NCBI RefSeq assembly: GCF_044628455.1 | Contig: NZ_JBIYZW010000001.1 | Coordinates: 370,947 to 434,946, forward strand | Direction: 5' to 3' | DNA from: Hymenobacter sp. B81 | GTDB taxonomy: Bacteria; Bacteroidota; Bacteroidia; Cytophagales; Hymenobacteraceae | Length of the DNA stretch: 64,000 bases | Shown here: piece after piece, positions 1-10,534 of the stretch | Layout of the letters: each line of letters begins with the position of its first letter | Numbering within the stretch: the first letter of the stretch is position 1 | Notes under the pieces: generated by a model | Databases searched by the model: none | Told to the model about the DNA's origin: nothing | Seen by the model: the letters and a program-made list of their open reading frames with translations, nothing else | Program-made: the position numbers and the translations under genes

Positions 1-884
1 TCCACGGCAACGCCGACGGGGGTGTCAAACCGGGCGGCGCTGCCAGTGCCGTCTTGGTAGCCGGCCGTTCCCGAGCCGGCCAGGGTGCTGGCGGTGCCGT
101 TGGGCTGGATTTTCACGATTTGATGACTGGTAGCCGCGTACACTACCCCGTTGGCGTCCACGGCCACGGCCATGGGCTGGTTGAGGGAGCCGGCCAGGGT
201 GCTGACGGTGCCGTTGGGCAAAATCTTGCGGATGTTGCTGTTGCCCATGTCGGCCACGTACACCACGCCGTTGGCGTCCACGGCCACCCCATAGGGAATG
301 CTGAACGCCGCCGAAGCCGCGGGGCCGTCCTGGCTGCCGTTGGCTCCCGAGCCGGCCAGGGTGCTGACGGTGCCGTTGGGCAGAATCTTGCGGATGCGCC
401 GGTTGTCCTGATCGGCCACGTACACGACGCCGGCCGCATCCACGGCCACGTGCCGGGGGCGGTTGAAGCGCGCCGCGGCCCCGGTGCCCTCCTGGAAGCC
501 CGCCGCCGGCGCACCCGCCACCGTGCTCACCACGGCGTTGTTGTCGTACTGCGGCGGCGCGCTCAGGGGCACCATGCCAAGGGCATTGGGCACCCGGCCA
601 CTGGGCAGCTGAATCCAGTTAACTCCATCGAAGAAGTACAGGCCAACCGAGGCATCGGTCTGGAACACCATCAACCCCTTGGCCGGGTTCTGAATGGCTG
701 CGCGCTGGTGAGCCGTCATGCGCGGGGTGAGCAGGCCCTTGGTGATGGAAGTCAAATCGAGCAGGGCCGAGGCATCGGGCGCGGGCGTGCCGATGCCCAC
801 CGAGCCGGGGGTCTGGGCCTGGGAGGGAATCTGCGTAGCCAGCGCGGCGGCCAGTGCCAGCGAGTACCGTATAACTTTGTGCAT
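1..884 (-). CDS. NHL repeat-containing secreted protein (gene starts at 884 and continues past window start, so the C-terminus is missing)
   Basis: Minus-strand translation gives MHKVIRYSLALAAALATQIPSQAQ signal peptide, then repeated ...AVDANGVVYVADxGNxxIRKILPNGTVSTLAGSG... NHL-type units. ATG at 882-884. Absent from the ORF track because it runs off the window edge. The listed + ORF 54..971 is the low-complexity opposite-frame artefact. Confidence 0.65.
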   Translation of the reverse strand, partial: MHKVIRYSLALAAALATQIPSQAQTPGSVGIGTPAPDASALLDLTSITKGLLTPRMTAHQRAAIQNPAKGLMVFQTDASVGLYFFDGVNWIQLPSGRVPNALGMVPLSAPPQYDNNAVVSTVAGAPAAGFQEGTGAAARFNRPRHVAVDAAGVVYVADQDNRRIRKILPNGTVSTLAGSGANGSQDGPAASAAFSIPYGVAVDANGVVYVADMGNSNIRKILPNGTVSTLAGSLNQPMAVAVDANGVVYAATSHQIVKIQPNGTASTLAGSGTAGYQDGTGSAARFDTPVGVAV

Positions 885-1053
885 ATCAGCGGGAAAGGCG
901 GAAGGCAGGCCCGCAGCTGGTCCGACCGGACGCCGCGCAGGTTTGCCGGTACAAACTTGCCGCCCCCATAATCCTATTCCAACCCGGGCGTGTACCGCAT
1001 TTGGGGGTATGGCCGGGCTTGGTTGCGGGGGGCAGGAAAGCGTCCTTTGCGCC

Positions 1054-1689
1054 ATGACCCCGATTCGACTGGCCCTGGTAGAAGACGACGCCGAAGTGCG
1101 GGCCCTGCTCGAGGGCTACCTGTGCCGGCAGCCCGAGCTGGTGTGCGTGCTGGTGGCCGATTCGGTGGAAAGCTTTCTGGCGCAGCTGCCCGACCTGCTG
1201 CAGCCGCCGCAGGTGCTGCTGCTCGATATTCACCTGCCCGGCATGAGCGGGCTGGAGGCGCTGCCCCTGCTCAAGCAGCGCCTGCCCGATACCGAAGTGG
1301 TGATGCAAACCGTGTTCGACGACGCCGACCGCATTTACCGGGCGCTGTGCGCCGGGGCCAGCGGCTACGTGCTCAAGAACATGCCGCTGGAAGAATACAA
1401 GGCCGCCGTGCTGGAAGTACACCGCGGCGGGGCGCCCATGAGCCGGGCCGTGGCGCGCAAGGTGCTGGCCCACTTCAAGCCCACGCCCTCGCTGCAGCCC
1501 GACCTACTCTCGGAGCGCGAGCGGGAGGTGGTCGAAGCCATTGTGGATGGGCTGGGCGACAAGCAGGTGGCGGCGCGGCTGGGGCTGTCGGTGGAAACCG
1601 TGCGCACCTACGTCAAGCGCGTCTACAAAAAGCTGCAGGTAGGCAGCCGCACCGAGCTGGTAAGCCGCCACGCCCGGGGACGGCTCTGA
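1054..1689 (+). CDS. Two-component response regulator, NarL/FixJ (LuxR-type HTH) family
   Basis: REC domain (LALVEDD...LLLDIHLPGMSGLE...) plus C-terminal LuxR HTH (LSEREREVVEAIVDGLGDKQVAARLGLSVETVRTYVKRVYKKL). ATG at 1054 within the longer ORF 718..1689. Confidence 0.9.
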   Translation: MTPIRLALVEDDAEVRALLEGYLCRQPELVCVLVADSVESFLAQLPDLLQPPQVLLLDIHLPGMSGLEALPLLKQRLPDTEVVMQTVFDDADRIYRALCAGASGYVLKNMPLEEYKAAVLEVHRGGAPMSRAVARKVLAHFKPTPSLQPDLLSEREREVVEAIVDGLGDKQVAARLGLSVETVRTYVKRVYKKLQVGSRTELVSRHARGRL

Positions 1690-1708
1690 GATTCAGGCCT
1701 TTCTGGCT

Positions 1709-3472
1709 CTATCCGGCTGGCACCGTCAGTTGCACCCGGAAGCCCTGGTCGGCCAGGGGCTCGGCGGCCAGCTGCCCGCGCAGGGCGGCGGCCCGCTGGT
1801 GCATGTTGCGCAGGCCCATGCCGCTGCGCGTAGTGCTGGCGCCGGGGCGGCCGTTGTCCTGCACCGTGAGGCATAGCTCGCCGTGCTGGCGCGCCAGCGT
1901 CACGTGCAGGCGGGTGGCGTGGCGGGCGTGGCGCACGGCGTTGGTTACGGCTTCCTTGAACACCAGGTACAGGTGCTGGCGCTGCTCCGGGCTCAGCGGC
2001 TCGTGGTCGGCCAGCCCGCTGGTAGTCAGCTCCGTGTCGAGGCCGGCGGCGGCCGCGGTCTGGTCGAGGTGGTCGCGCATGCGGTCGAGCAGGGCGCCCA
2101 CTGTGTCGGCCTGCGCGTCAATGCTCCACACGATGTCGCGCATGGTGCTGGCGGCAGCGCGGCTGTTGGTCAGCAGCCGGTCGAGGGCCGGGTCGGGCTG
2201 ACCCTGGCGCAGCAGTTCGGCCTGCAGGTTTACGCGGGTGAGTAGCGTGCCCACTTCGTCGTGCAGGTCGGCGGCAATGCGGTTGCGCATGCGCAGGGCG
2301 GCGGCCGAGCGTTCCAGCAGGTGCTTGGCCCGCTGCCGCGCCACCACCACCACGAGCATAAGTCCGGCCCCGGCCAGCACGGCCAGAAACACCGTGGTGC
2401 GCCGCGTGAGCTCGGCCTCGCGCAGGCGGGTGCGCCCCTGCAGGTCGGCAATGTGCTGGCGCTGCCGGGCCAGCTGCTGCTCCTGCTGCTGGGTGCGGTA
2501 GAGCGTCTGCAGCTCGCGGGCGTGCCGGCCACTCGACTCCTCAAACAAACTGTCGCGCAGCACGGCATAGCGCCGCTGGTGGCGCAGGGCCTTGCGGTAG
2601 CGGCCGAGCTTTTCCAGGGCGGGCACCAGGGTTTCGGTGGCGCTCATTTCCACGTGCAGGTTGCGGTCGGCGTGGCTGCGGCGGCGGGTGGCTTCGAGGA
2701 TGCGGGCGGCCTCGGCGTGCTGACCCCGCGCGTACGCCAGCCGGCCCCGCAGCTCGTCGAGCAGGACCTGCACGCTGGGGTAGCGGGGCGGGGGATAGGC
2801 GGCGTATGCCGAGTCGAGCAGCTGGCTGGCGCGGGCGGCCTGCTGCTGCCGGAAGCTGATGGCCGCCAGGTTGGCCAGCTGCACCGCCACGTTAGCCGTG
2901 TCGCGGTCGGCGCGCGCCAGCTGCAGGGCCTGGGCATAGCAGGCGGTGGCCAGGCGGTAGTCGGGGGCCAGGGAGGCGCAGTCGGCCAGGTTGGTGTAGA
3001 TGCCGCTCAGCTCCCGGCGGCCGGCGGCGGTGCGGCGCGGCACCAGGCGCAGGGCCTCGCGGCCGTAGGCAATGCCGGGCTGGGGCTGGCGCAGCAGGTA
3101 GTAGGAGTAGCACAGCCACTCGCAGGCAATGGCTGCGCGCAGCGAGTCGCCGTCGTCGAGGGCCATGCGGCGGGTTTGCAGCATCTGAATGACGGCCAGG
3201 CTGGGCTGATTTTCGTGCAGGTAGTGGCCCGCCAGGTTGGCCAGCAGCTCGGCCCGCACCGTGCGCGGCAGGTTGGGGCGCTGCAGCTGCTGCCGCACGG
3301 TGGGGGCGGAGGCCGGCGTCACGCGGGCGCGGGCCAGCCGCAGCTGCGTCGGCACCGGCCACTGGCTCAGCTGCCGCAGGCTGTCCAGGCCCGATAGGGG
3401 CCGGGCAGCCCCGGAATCGGGGAGCAGTAAGACGCAGGCGAGCAGCAGCCCCAGGCGGACAAACCAGTTCAT
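1709..3472 (-). CDS. Sensor histidine kinase with periplasmic TPR-like region, one TM, HisKA_3 and HATPase_c domains
   Basis: Signal/TM at N-terminus, TPR-like helical repeats, TM (VFLAVLAGAGLMLVVVVA), NarX-type H-box RIAADLHDEVG, ATPase motifs (QDNGRPG...GMGLRNM). Convergent with the response regulator. ATG at 3470-3472. Confidence 0.85.
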   Translation of the reverse strand: MNWFVRLGLLLACVLLLPDSGAARPLSGLDSLRQLSQWPVPTQLRLARARVTPASAPTVRQQLQRPNLPRTVRAELLANLAGHYLHENQPSLAVIQMLQTRRMALDDGDSLRAAIACEWLCYSYYLLRQPQPGIAYGREALRLVPRRTAAGRRELSGIYTNLADCASLAPDYRLATACYAQALQLARADRDTANVAVQLANLAAISFRQQQAARASQLLDSAYAAYPPPRYPSVQVLLDELRGRLAYARGQHAEAARILEATRRRSHADRNLHVEMSATETLVPALEKLGRYRKALRHQRRYAVLRDSLFEESSGRHARELQTLYRTQQQEQQLARQRQHIADLQGRTRLREAELTRRTTVFLAVLAGAGLMLVVVVARQRAKHLLERSAAALRMRNRIAADLHDEVGTLLTRVNLQAELLRQGQPDPALDRLLTNSRAAASTMRDIVWSIDAQADTVGALLDRMRDHLDQTAAAAGLDTELTTSGLADHEPLSPEQRQHLYLVFKEAVTNAVRHARHATRLHVTLARQHGELCLTVQDNGRPGASTTRSGMGLRNMHQRAAALRGQLAAEPLADQGFRVQLTVPAG

Positions 3473-3601
3473 TCTGCAAGGTAGCCCCGCGCGCGGAAGC
3501 CCGCCAACTGGCGGCCCGCGGGCGCGGGGCCGGCAAGCGGTATTTTCTGCGCTTATCTTGCCGGCTGCCGGCTAACTTGCCGCCCCATTTACGCCCTGCT
3601 T

Positions 3602-5257
3602 TTGACTACTCTGCTTCTGCGACTTACTCCGGCCTGGGTGAAGCTCCTGCTGCTGGCTGGCGGGCTGCTGCTGGCCTTGCCGGGGCTGGCCGCCCCCAGC
3701 CGGGCCGACAGCCTGCTGGCCCGGCTGAACGAGGCGCTGGCGCAGAAGAAGCGCTACGACCAGCAGCGCTGGAACCGCATTGCCGTGCTCACGGCCGCCT
3801 TTGCCAGCCAGCAGGACGCCAACGCGCGCTTCGACCTGGGCCTGCGCATTTACGACGAGTACAAGTCGTTTAAGTACGACTCGGCCTTCGTGTACAGCCA
3901 GAAGCTGATCGGCGTGGCCCGGCAGCTCGGCAGCCCCGCCAAGCTGGAAGTGGCCGAGCTGAAGCTGGCCTTCATCCTGCTCTCGTCGGGCATGTTCAAG
4001 GAAACCTTCGAAACCCTCGACCAGATCGACCCGGCCCGGCTGTCGGATGCCGACCAGCTGGATTTCTACTTTCTGCAGGCGCGGGCCTACCACGACCTGG
4101 GCGACTTCAACCACGACCAGGTGTACCGCCCCCGCTACTACGCCCAGGCCCTGGCCTACGCCGATACGGCCCTGCGCTTCAGCCGGCCCGGCTCCTACGA
4201 GCAACTTTCCATGCAGCAGTTCCGGGCCATCAAAACCGGCCGGGTGCGCGAGGGAGCCGCGCTCTACGAGCAGATCCGGCGCCTGCCCGGCCTCACCCTG
4301 CACCAGCTGGCCGTCAGCGCCAGCACCACGGCCTACATCTATTCCCTGCTCGGGCAGGACGACCGGGCCTACGAGCTGCTGCTGACCTCGGCCACGGCCG
4401 ACGTGCAGTCGGCCACCAAGGAAACGGTGGCCATCTTCCAGCTTTCCGACTACTGCTACCGCCGCGGCGACCTGGAAAACGCCTACGTCTTCATCCGGGA
4501 AGCCCGCGAGCAGGCCGACTTCTACAAGGCCCGGCAGCGGCAGATCGAGCTGAGCCACATTTCTTCCCTGATCGAGGGGCAGAAAATCAACATCATCGAG
4601 CAGCAGCGCAAGTCGCTGCGCACCTACGCCATCGTGGTGACGCTGCTGGCGGTGTTCGTGGTGGCCTTCGCCGTCATCATCTTTCAGCAGCTGCGCCGCC
4701 TGCAGAAGGCCGACCGGCTGATTTCGGCCACCAACCAGGAGCTGCGCGAGCGAAACGAGGAGCTGCACCAGCTCAACAGCGGCCTCAACGAAGCCAACCG
4801 CATCAAGGAGGAGTACATCGGCTACTACTTCCACAACAACTCCCAGTACATCGACAAGATCGAGGCGCTGAAAAAGGCCCTCGACGCGCAGCTGGCCGGC
4901 AAAAACCAGGCGGGTGTGCAGCGGCTGGTCGACGGCATCAACATCAAGAAGGAGCGCAACGAGCTGTTCAAGGGCTTCGACACCGTGTTCCTGCGGCTGT
5001 TTCCCCACTTCATCAGCCAGTTCAACGCCCTGTTCCGGCCCGAAGACCACGTGCAGCTGCCCGAAGACCAGCTCATGACCACCGAGCTGCGCATCTTCGC
5101 CCTCATCCGCCTGGGCATCGCCGACAGCGAGCAGATCAGCCGCATGCTGGGCTACTCCATCAACACGATTTACACCTACAAGACCCGCGTCAAAAACCGC
5201 TCACTCGTGCCCAACGACGAGTTCGAAGCCCGCATCCAGGCCATCGAAGCCGTGTGA
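3602..5257 (+). CDS. TPR-containing membrane-anchored transcriptional regulator with C-terminal HTH (DUF6377-like, typical of PUL regulators)
   Basis: N-terminal signal/anchor, TPR-like repeats, internal TM ([21 protein letters not shown]), coiled coil, C-terminal HTH-like segment ([39 protein letters not shown]). Sits just upstream of SusC/SusD. Start uncertain (TTG 3602 or GTG 3638). Confidence 0.75.
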   Translation: MTTLLLRLTPAWVKLLLLAGGLLLALPGLAAPSRADSLLARLNEALAQKKRYDQQRWNRIAVLTAAFASQQDANARFDLGLRIYDEYKSFKYDSAFVYSQKLIGVARQLGSPAKLEVAELKLAFILLSSGMFKETFETLDQIDPARLSDADQLDFYFLQARAYHDLGDFNHDQVYRPRYYAQALAYADTALRFSRPGSYEQLSMQQFRAIKTGRVREGAALYEQIRRLPGLTLHQLAVSASTTAYIYSLLGQDDRAYELLLTSATADVQSATKETVAIFQLSDYCYRRGDLENAYVFIREAREQADFYKARQRQIELSHISSLIEGQKINIIEQQRKSLRTYAIVVTLLAVFVVAFAVIIFQQLRRLQKADRLISATNQELRERNEELHQLNSGLNEANRIKEEYIGYYFHNNSQYIDKIEALKKALDAQLAGKNQAGVQRLVDGINIKKERNELFKGFDTVFLRLFPHFISQFNALFRPEDHVQLPEDQLMTTELRIFALIRLGIADSEQISRMLGYSINTIYTYKTRVKNRSLVPNDEFEARIQAIEAV

Positions 5258-5677
5258 GCCGGCCGCCCGGCTTCCTTTGCTGCCGAACGCTGCTGCCTCT
5301 TTCTTAGGCCGGGCCGGAGTCCTCATTGGTCGCCAAAGCCACCAGCTAAAGTGAGTCGTTACTCAGCGGCGGCGCCGGACCGGCAAACCGGGGGGCTAAG
5401 CACCGGAAGTGGGCCGGCCGGACGGCTAAATGAGCTTAAAACCGGCCATATCGGATCTATATTTTATTTGCTGTTTCGGGAATTAAGATATTGTTAATTA
5501 ATGCATTGGCTGGTGGCGGTGTTAATATTTTCTTGATCGGGACTTGATAAGTTCGGCATGCGGGTGGAAGGCGATTCATTTGCTTTGATTCCGGAGCCAG
5601 GCTAGTTGGCCGGGGGCGCCTGCCCCAGTACCGGAAGCTTCCGCATCCTGCATCCGCCCCGTTATTTCCCTCCGCAT

Positions 5678-8600
5678 ATGCCGGCACCTCTACCTTTCTT
5701 TTCCCAGCTCCCCAACTGCCGCCGGGCCTTGCTGGTGGCCGCCCTCGGCAGCCTCTGCGCCGGCCCGGCGCGGGCCGCGGCCCCGGTGGCTGCTGAGTTG
5801 CTGACCGCTTCCCATCGGCTGATGGCCGCAACCGTCACCGGCCGCGTGGTCGACGCCCGGGGGCAGGGCCTGCCCGGCGTGACGGTGCGGGTGGAAGGCA
5901 CTTCGCTGGGCAGCTCCACCGGACCCGACGGCGCGTTCAGCATCGGCGGCGTGCCCGACGGCCCACAGGTGCTGGTGGTGTCGTTCGTGGGCTACCAGAC
6001 CGTGCGCCTGCCCTTCACGGCCGGCGCGGGCCAGGCCATTACGCTGAACGCCACCCTGCAGGAAAACACCACGCTGCTGGGTGAGGCCGTGGTGGTGGGC
6101 TACGGCACTACCCGGCGCGAAGATCTGACCGGCGCCGTGGCCACGGTGTCGGCGCGCGAGTTTGTGAAAGGCCAGGTAACCTCGCCCGAGCAGCTGATTC
6201 AGGGCAAGGTGGCCGGCGTGCAGATTACCACCGGTGGCGGCGCCCCCGGCGAGGTCAGCACCATCCGCGTGCGCGGCGGCTCGTCGCTGAACGCCAGCAA
6301 CGACCCGCTCATCGTCATCGACGGCGTGCCGGTGGAAAACAGCGGCATCAACGGGGCCGGCAACCCCCTTGCGCTGGTCAACCCCAACGACATCGAAACC
6401 TTCACGGTGCTCAAGGACGCCTCGGCCACGGCTATTTACGGCTCGCGGGCCTCCAACGGGGTCATCATCATCACTACCAAGAAAGGCGTGGAAGGGGAGA
6501 AGCTGCGGGTGAATTTCAGCTCGCAGCTCTCGCGCGCCCAGAACTACGGCAAGGTCGACGTGCTGAGCGCCGATGAGTACCGCCACCTGATGAGCTACGC
6601 CATTGCCCAGGGCCTGGTGCCGGACGACCGCGCCGCGTTTGTGGGCTCGGCCAGCACCGACTGGCAGGACGCCATCTACCAAACGGCCTGGACCACCGAC
6701 AACAACCTGAGCGTGACCGGCAGCGCCGGCCGCCTGCCCTACCGCGTGTCGGTGGGCTACCTCGACCAGGACGGCACGCTGCGCACCGGCAACCTCAAGC
6801 GCAACTCGGCCTCCATTGGCCTCTCGCCCCGGCTGCTCGACAACCACCTTCGCCTCGACCTGAACGTGAAGGGCACCTGGGCCGACTGGCGCTTTGCCGA
6901 CCAGGGCGCCATCGGCGGCGCCATCCGCTTCAACCCCACGGTGCCCATCAAGAGCGGCGGCGACAAGTTCGGGGGCTACTACGAGTGGCTGGACCCGGCC
7001 GACGGCGTGACCCCGTACTCGCTCACCGACCGCAACCCCGTGGCCCTGCTCAATGACAAGCGCGACCGGAGCACGGTGCAGCGCAGCATCGGCAACCTGC
7101 AGCTCGACTACCAGCTGCACTTTTTGCCCGATCTGCACGCCAACGTGAACCTAGGCTACGACATCAGTCGTAGCGCCGGCACGGTGTTCATTCCCGCCGA
7201 ATCGTCGCTGGCCTATAACATTCGGGGGCAGAGCCGGCGCTACCGGCAGGAGAAAAACAACAAGCTGCTGGAGGCCTACCTGCGCTACACCAAGGAGCTG
7301 GGCGACCACCGCGCCGAGGCCCTGGCCGGCCACTCGTACCAGGACTTCTACACCTACAGCCCGTTTTACTTCGAGCGCACGGCGGCCGGCACCCTGCTCG
7401 ACCCCAACACCCTGCCCCAGAACCCCGGCAAGAGCCAGTACACCCTGCTCTCGTTCTACGGCCGCCTCAACTATTCCTTCAAGGACCGCTACCTGCTCAC
7501 CGGCACGCTGCGCGCCGATGCCTCCTCGCGCTTCAGCCCCGACAACCGCTGGGGCTACTTCCCGGCGGCCTCGGTGGCCTGGCGCATCAACCAGGAACGC
7601 TTTCTGGTGGACAACTCCACCGTATCGGACCTGAAGCTGCGCCTGAGCTACGGCCTGACGGGGCAGCAGGACGTGGCCGGCGTGGCCGGCGACTACCCCT
7701 ACCTGCGCTCCTACAGCATTGGCGGCGGCTCGGTGCGGCAGATTTTCGGCACCGACACCATCCGCACCCTGCGCGTGGGCGGACAGGACCCCAACCTGAA
7801 GTGGGAGCAGACCGCTACCTACGACGTGGGCCTGGACTTCGGCTTCTTCGACAACCGCCTCAGCGGCTCGGCCGACGTGTATTTGCGCAAAACCCGGGAC
7901 CTGCTGGCCGTCATTCCCGTGCCCATCGGCAGCAACATCACGCCCAACCTGCTGACCAACATCGGCAGCCTGGAAAACCGCGGCGTGGAGCTGAACCTGA
8001 ACTACCAGGTGCTGCGCGGCGAGCGGCTCAACTGGCTGCTGAACGTCAACACCACCGTGAACCGCAGCAAGATTACCAAGCTGCTGCTGGTGGAAGACCC
8101 CACTTACCTGGGCACGGCGGTGGGCAGCATCGGCAACTTCCGCAACGTGCAGATCAACACCGTGGGCTACGCGCCCAACACCTTCTTCCTCTACCAGCAG
8201 AAGTACGAGAACGGAAAGCCCCTGGAAGGCCAGTACGTGGACCAGAACGGCGACGGGCAGATCAACGAGCGGGACTTGGTGCGCAGCAAGACGCCCGCGC
8301 CCAAGGCCATACTGGGCCTGAGCTCGAACCTGACCTACGGCAAAGCTAGCCTCGACTTTACGGTGCGCGCCAACGTGGGCAACTACGTGTACAACAACGT
8401 GGACGCGGACCGCGGCAACTACGCCGCCCTGAACCCCGGCCTGCCCTTCGTAATGAACACCGTGCCCGACGTGTACGCCACCGGCTTCCGGGTGCCGCAG
8501 CCCTTCAGCGACTACTACCTGCAGGACGCCTCCTTCGTGCGCCTGCAGAACATCACCCTGGGCTACGACCTGGGCAGCCTGATTAAGCAGGCCACCACCC

Positions 8601-8740
8601 TGCGCCTGACCCTGGCCGCCCAGAACGTGCTGGTGCTTACCAAGTACACCGGCCTCGACCCCGAGCGCGGCAACGGCATCGACAACAACTTTTACCCGCT
8701 GCCCCGCACTTTCACGCTGGGCCTGAACGTGGGATTCTAG
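5678..8740 (+). CDS. susC: SusC/RagA-family TonB-dependent outer-membrane transporter
   Basis: Carboxypeptidase-regulatory-like N-terminal domain (TVTGRVVDARGQGLPGVTVRVEGTSLGSSTGPDGAFSI), TonB-plug, ~1,000-aa barrel ending ...RTFTLGLNVGF. ATG at 5678 inside ORF 5606..8740. Confidence 0.95.
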   Translation: MPAPLPFFSQLPNCRRALLVAALGSLCAGPARAAAPVAAELLTASHRLMAATVTGRVVDARGQGLPGVTVRVEGTSLGSSTGPDGAFSIGGVPDGPQVLVVSFVGYQTVRLPFTAGAGQAITLNATLQENTTLLGEAVVVGYGTTRREDLTGAVATVSAREFVKGQVTSPEQLIQGKVAGVQITTGGGAPGEVSTIRVRGGSSLNASNDPLIVIDGVPVENSGINGAGNPLALVNPNDIETFTVLKDASATAIYGSRASNGVIIITTKKGVEGEKLRVNFSSQLSRAQNYGKVDVLSADEYRHLMSYAIAQGLVPDDRAAFVGSASTDWQDAIYQTAWTTDNNLSVTGSAGRLPYRVSVGYLDQDGTLRTGNLKRNSASIGLSPRLLDNHLRLDLNVKGTWADWRFADQGAIGGAIRFNPTVPIKSGGDKFGGYYEWLDPADGVTPYSLTDRNPVALLNDKRDRSTVQRSIGNLQLDYQLHFLPDLHANVNLGYDISRSAGTVFIPAESSLAYNIRGQSRRYRQEKNNKLLEAYLRYTKELGDHRAEALAGHSYQDFYTYSPFYFERTAAGTLLDPNTLPQNPGKSQYTLLSFYGRLNYSFKDRYLLTGTLRADASSRFSPDNRWGYFPAASVAWRINQERFLVDNSTVSDLKLRLSYGLTGQQDVAGVAGDYPYLRSYSIGGGSVRQIFGTDTIRTLRVGGQDPNLKWEQTATYDVGLDFGFFDNRLSGSADVYLRKTRDLLAVIPVPIGSNITPNLLTNIGSLENRGVELNLNYQVLRGERLNWLLNVNTTVNRSKITKLLLVEDPTYLGTAVGSIGNFRNVQINTVGYAPNTFFLYQQKYENGKPLEGQYVDQNGDGQINERDLVRSKTPAPKAILGLSSNLTYGKASLDFTVRANVGNYVYNNVDADRGNYAALNPGLPFVMNTVPDVYATGFRVPQPFSDYYLQDASFVRLQNITLGYDLGSLIKQATTLRLTLAAQNVLVLTKYTGLDPERGNGIDNNFYPLPRTFTLGLNVGF

Positions 8741-8748
8741 ACAGTCAT

Positions 8749-8795
8749 CAGTTGTGAGTTGTCAGGTCGTTCTGGCAACTGACAACTCATAACTG
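8749..8795 (+). promoter_or_regulatory. 17-bp-stem hairpin in the SusC-SusD intergenic spacer (CAGTTGTGAGTTGTCAG-13 nt-CTGACAACTCATAACTG), embedded in CAACTG-type short repeats
   Basis: Near-perfect inverted repeat (one G-U wobble) between the susC stop (8740) and susD ATG (8833). Confidence 0.55.
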
Positions 8796-8832
8796 GCAAC
8801 TCGCAACTGACCACCAGCAACCGACAACTGAC

Positions 8833-10464
8833 ATGAATAAGCACCTGCGCCGCGGCGCCGCCGCCCTGGCCGTAGCCGCTACCCTGCTCGCGGGCGGACT
8901 GACTTCCTGCACCAAGGACCTGGACCGCTACCCGTTCTACGACCTGAACACGGAGTCGGTGTACCGCGACCCGGCCAACTACATCATGGTGCTGGCCAAG
9001 CTCTACGCGGGCTTCAACCTCTCGGGCCAGGGCACCACCGGCTCGCCCGACGTGTTTGCCGGCTCGGGCCTCGACGAGGGCGAAACCTCCTACATGCGGG
9101 CCTACTGGTATTTGCAGGAGCTGCCCACCGACCAGGCCGCCGTGGCCTGGAGCAGCGGCCCGCTGCAGGAGCTGAACAAGATTACCTGGTCGTCGAGCAA
9201 TGATTTGGTCCGCAACAGCTACACCCGCATTTTCTACGAGGTGTCGGCCTGCAACGACTTTATCCGCGAAACCACCGACGAGAAGCTCAGCAGCCGCAAC
9301 ATCAGCGGCATCCACGCCGACAACGCCCGCCGGTTTCGGGCCGAGGCGCGCTTTCTGCGGGCTCTGGCCTACTTCCACGCCCTCGATCTGTACGGCAACG
9401 TGCCCTTTGTGGTGGAAACCGACATTCCCGGCAAGTTCCTGCCCCGGCAAACCTCGCGGCCCGCGCTGTTCGCCTACCTCGAGTCGGAGCTGAAGGCCAT
9501 TGAGCCGCTGCTGGCCGCCCCGCGCCAGGGGCCCTACGGCCGGGCCGACCAGGGTGCGGCCTGGGCGCTGCTGGCCCGCCTCTACCTCAACGCCGAGGTG
9601 TACACCGGCACGGCGCGCTACACCGACTGCCTGACTTACTGCAACAAGATTTTGGGCGCCGGCTACGGCCTGGCCCCGCAGTACGCCCAGCTGTTCATGG
9701 CCGACAACCACGTGACGGCCGCCGCCGAAATCATCTTCCCCATCCTCAACGACGGGCTGGTGAGTCAGACCTACGGCGGCACCACCTACCTGGTGCACGC
9801 GGCCGTGGGCGGGCGCATGCTGGGCAGCGCCCTGGGCATTACCAACGGCTGGGCCGGCAACCGCACCCGCAAAAATCTGCCGCTGCTGTTTCCCACCCAG
9901 CCCAGCGGCACCGACAGCCGGTCGATGTTCTTCACGGCGGGGCAAACGCTGGAAATCAGTGACCTGACCGTGTTCACCCAGGGCTACGGCGTGCTGAAGT
10001 GGTCGAACAAGAAATCCACCGGGGGCAACGGCTCCGACCCCACGGGCACCTTCGTCGATACCGACTTCCCGATGTTCCGCCTGGCCGATGTGTACCTGAT
10101 GTACGCCGAGGCCGTGCTGCGCGGCGGGCAGGGCGGCAGCGAGGGGCAGGCTCTCACCTACGTGAATGCCCTGCGCGACCGGGCCTTCGGCAACACCGGC
10201 GGCCGCACCGATGGCCGCATCACCCTGGCCGAACTGACCGCCCCCGACTTCATCCTCGACGAGCGCGGCCGCGAGCTGTACTGGGAAGCCACCCGCCGCA
10301 CCGACCTGATCCGCTTCGGCAAGTTCACCAGCGCCACCTACCGCTGGCCCTGGAAGGGCGGCGTAGCAACCGGGCAGGGCGTGGGCAGCCACTTCAACCT
10401 GTTTCCCCTGCCCTCCAGCGACATCGTGGCCAACCCCACGCTGGTGCAGAACCCCGGGTACTAA
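8833..10464 (+). CDS. susD: SusD/RagB-family nutrient-binding outer-membrane lipoprotein
   Basis: Lipoprotein signal (LLAGGLTSC), SusD-like TPR core (..RAYWYLQEL.., ..RFRAEARFLRALAYFHALDLYGNVPF..), C-terminal ...NPTLVQNPGY. Immediately downstream of SusC. Confidence 0.95.
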   Translation: MNKHLRRGAAALAVAATLLAGGLTSCTKDLDRYPFYDLNTESVYRDPANYIMVLAKLYAGFNLSGQGTTGSPDVFAGSGLDEGETSYMRAYWYLQELPTDQAAVAWSSGPLQELNKITWSSSNDLVRNSYTRIFYEVSACNDFIRETTDEKLSSRNISGIHADNARRFRAEARFLRALAYFHALDLYGNVPFVVETDIPGKFLPRQTSRPALFAYLESELKAIEPLLAAPRQGPYGRADQGAAWALLARLYLNAEVYTGTARYTDCLTYCNKILGAGYGLAPQYAQLFMADNHVTAAAEIIFPILNDGLVSQTYGGTTYLVHAAVGGRMLGSALGITNGWAGNRTRKNLPLLFPTQPSGTDSRSMFFTAGQTLEISDLTVFTQGYGVLKWSNKKSTGGNGSDPTGTFVDTDFPMFRLADVYLMYAEAVLRGGQGGSEGQALTYVNALRDRAFGNTGGRTDGRITLAELTAPDFILDERGRELYWEATRRTDLIRFGKFTSATYRWPWKGGVATGQGVGSHFNLFPLPSSDIVANPTLVQNPGY

Positions 10465-10534
10465 CCCCGGCCTGGTGCAGCCGGTCGGCCTGCGCCCCAC
10501 GCCTGATGGCGGTTGCCGTGCTCACTTTCCACCG

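Noticed and set aside
54-971. ORF 54..971 (+), Gly/Ala/Val-rich 305 aa, and ORF 143..514 (-)
   Set aside because: Opposite-strand or off-frame artefacts of the NHL-repeat gene on the minus strand; low-complexity translation typical of high-GC DNA.
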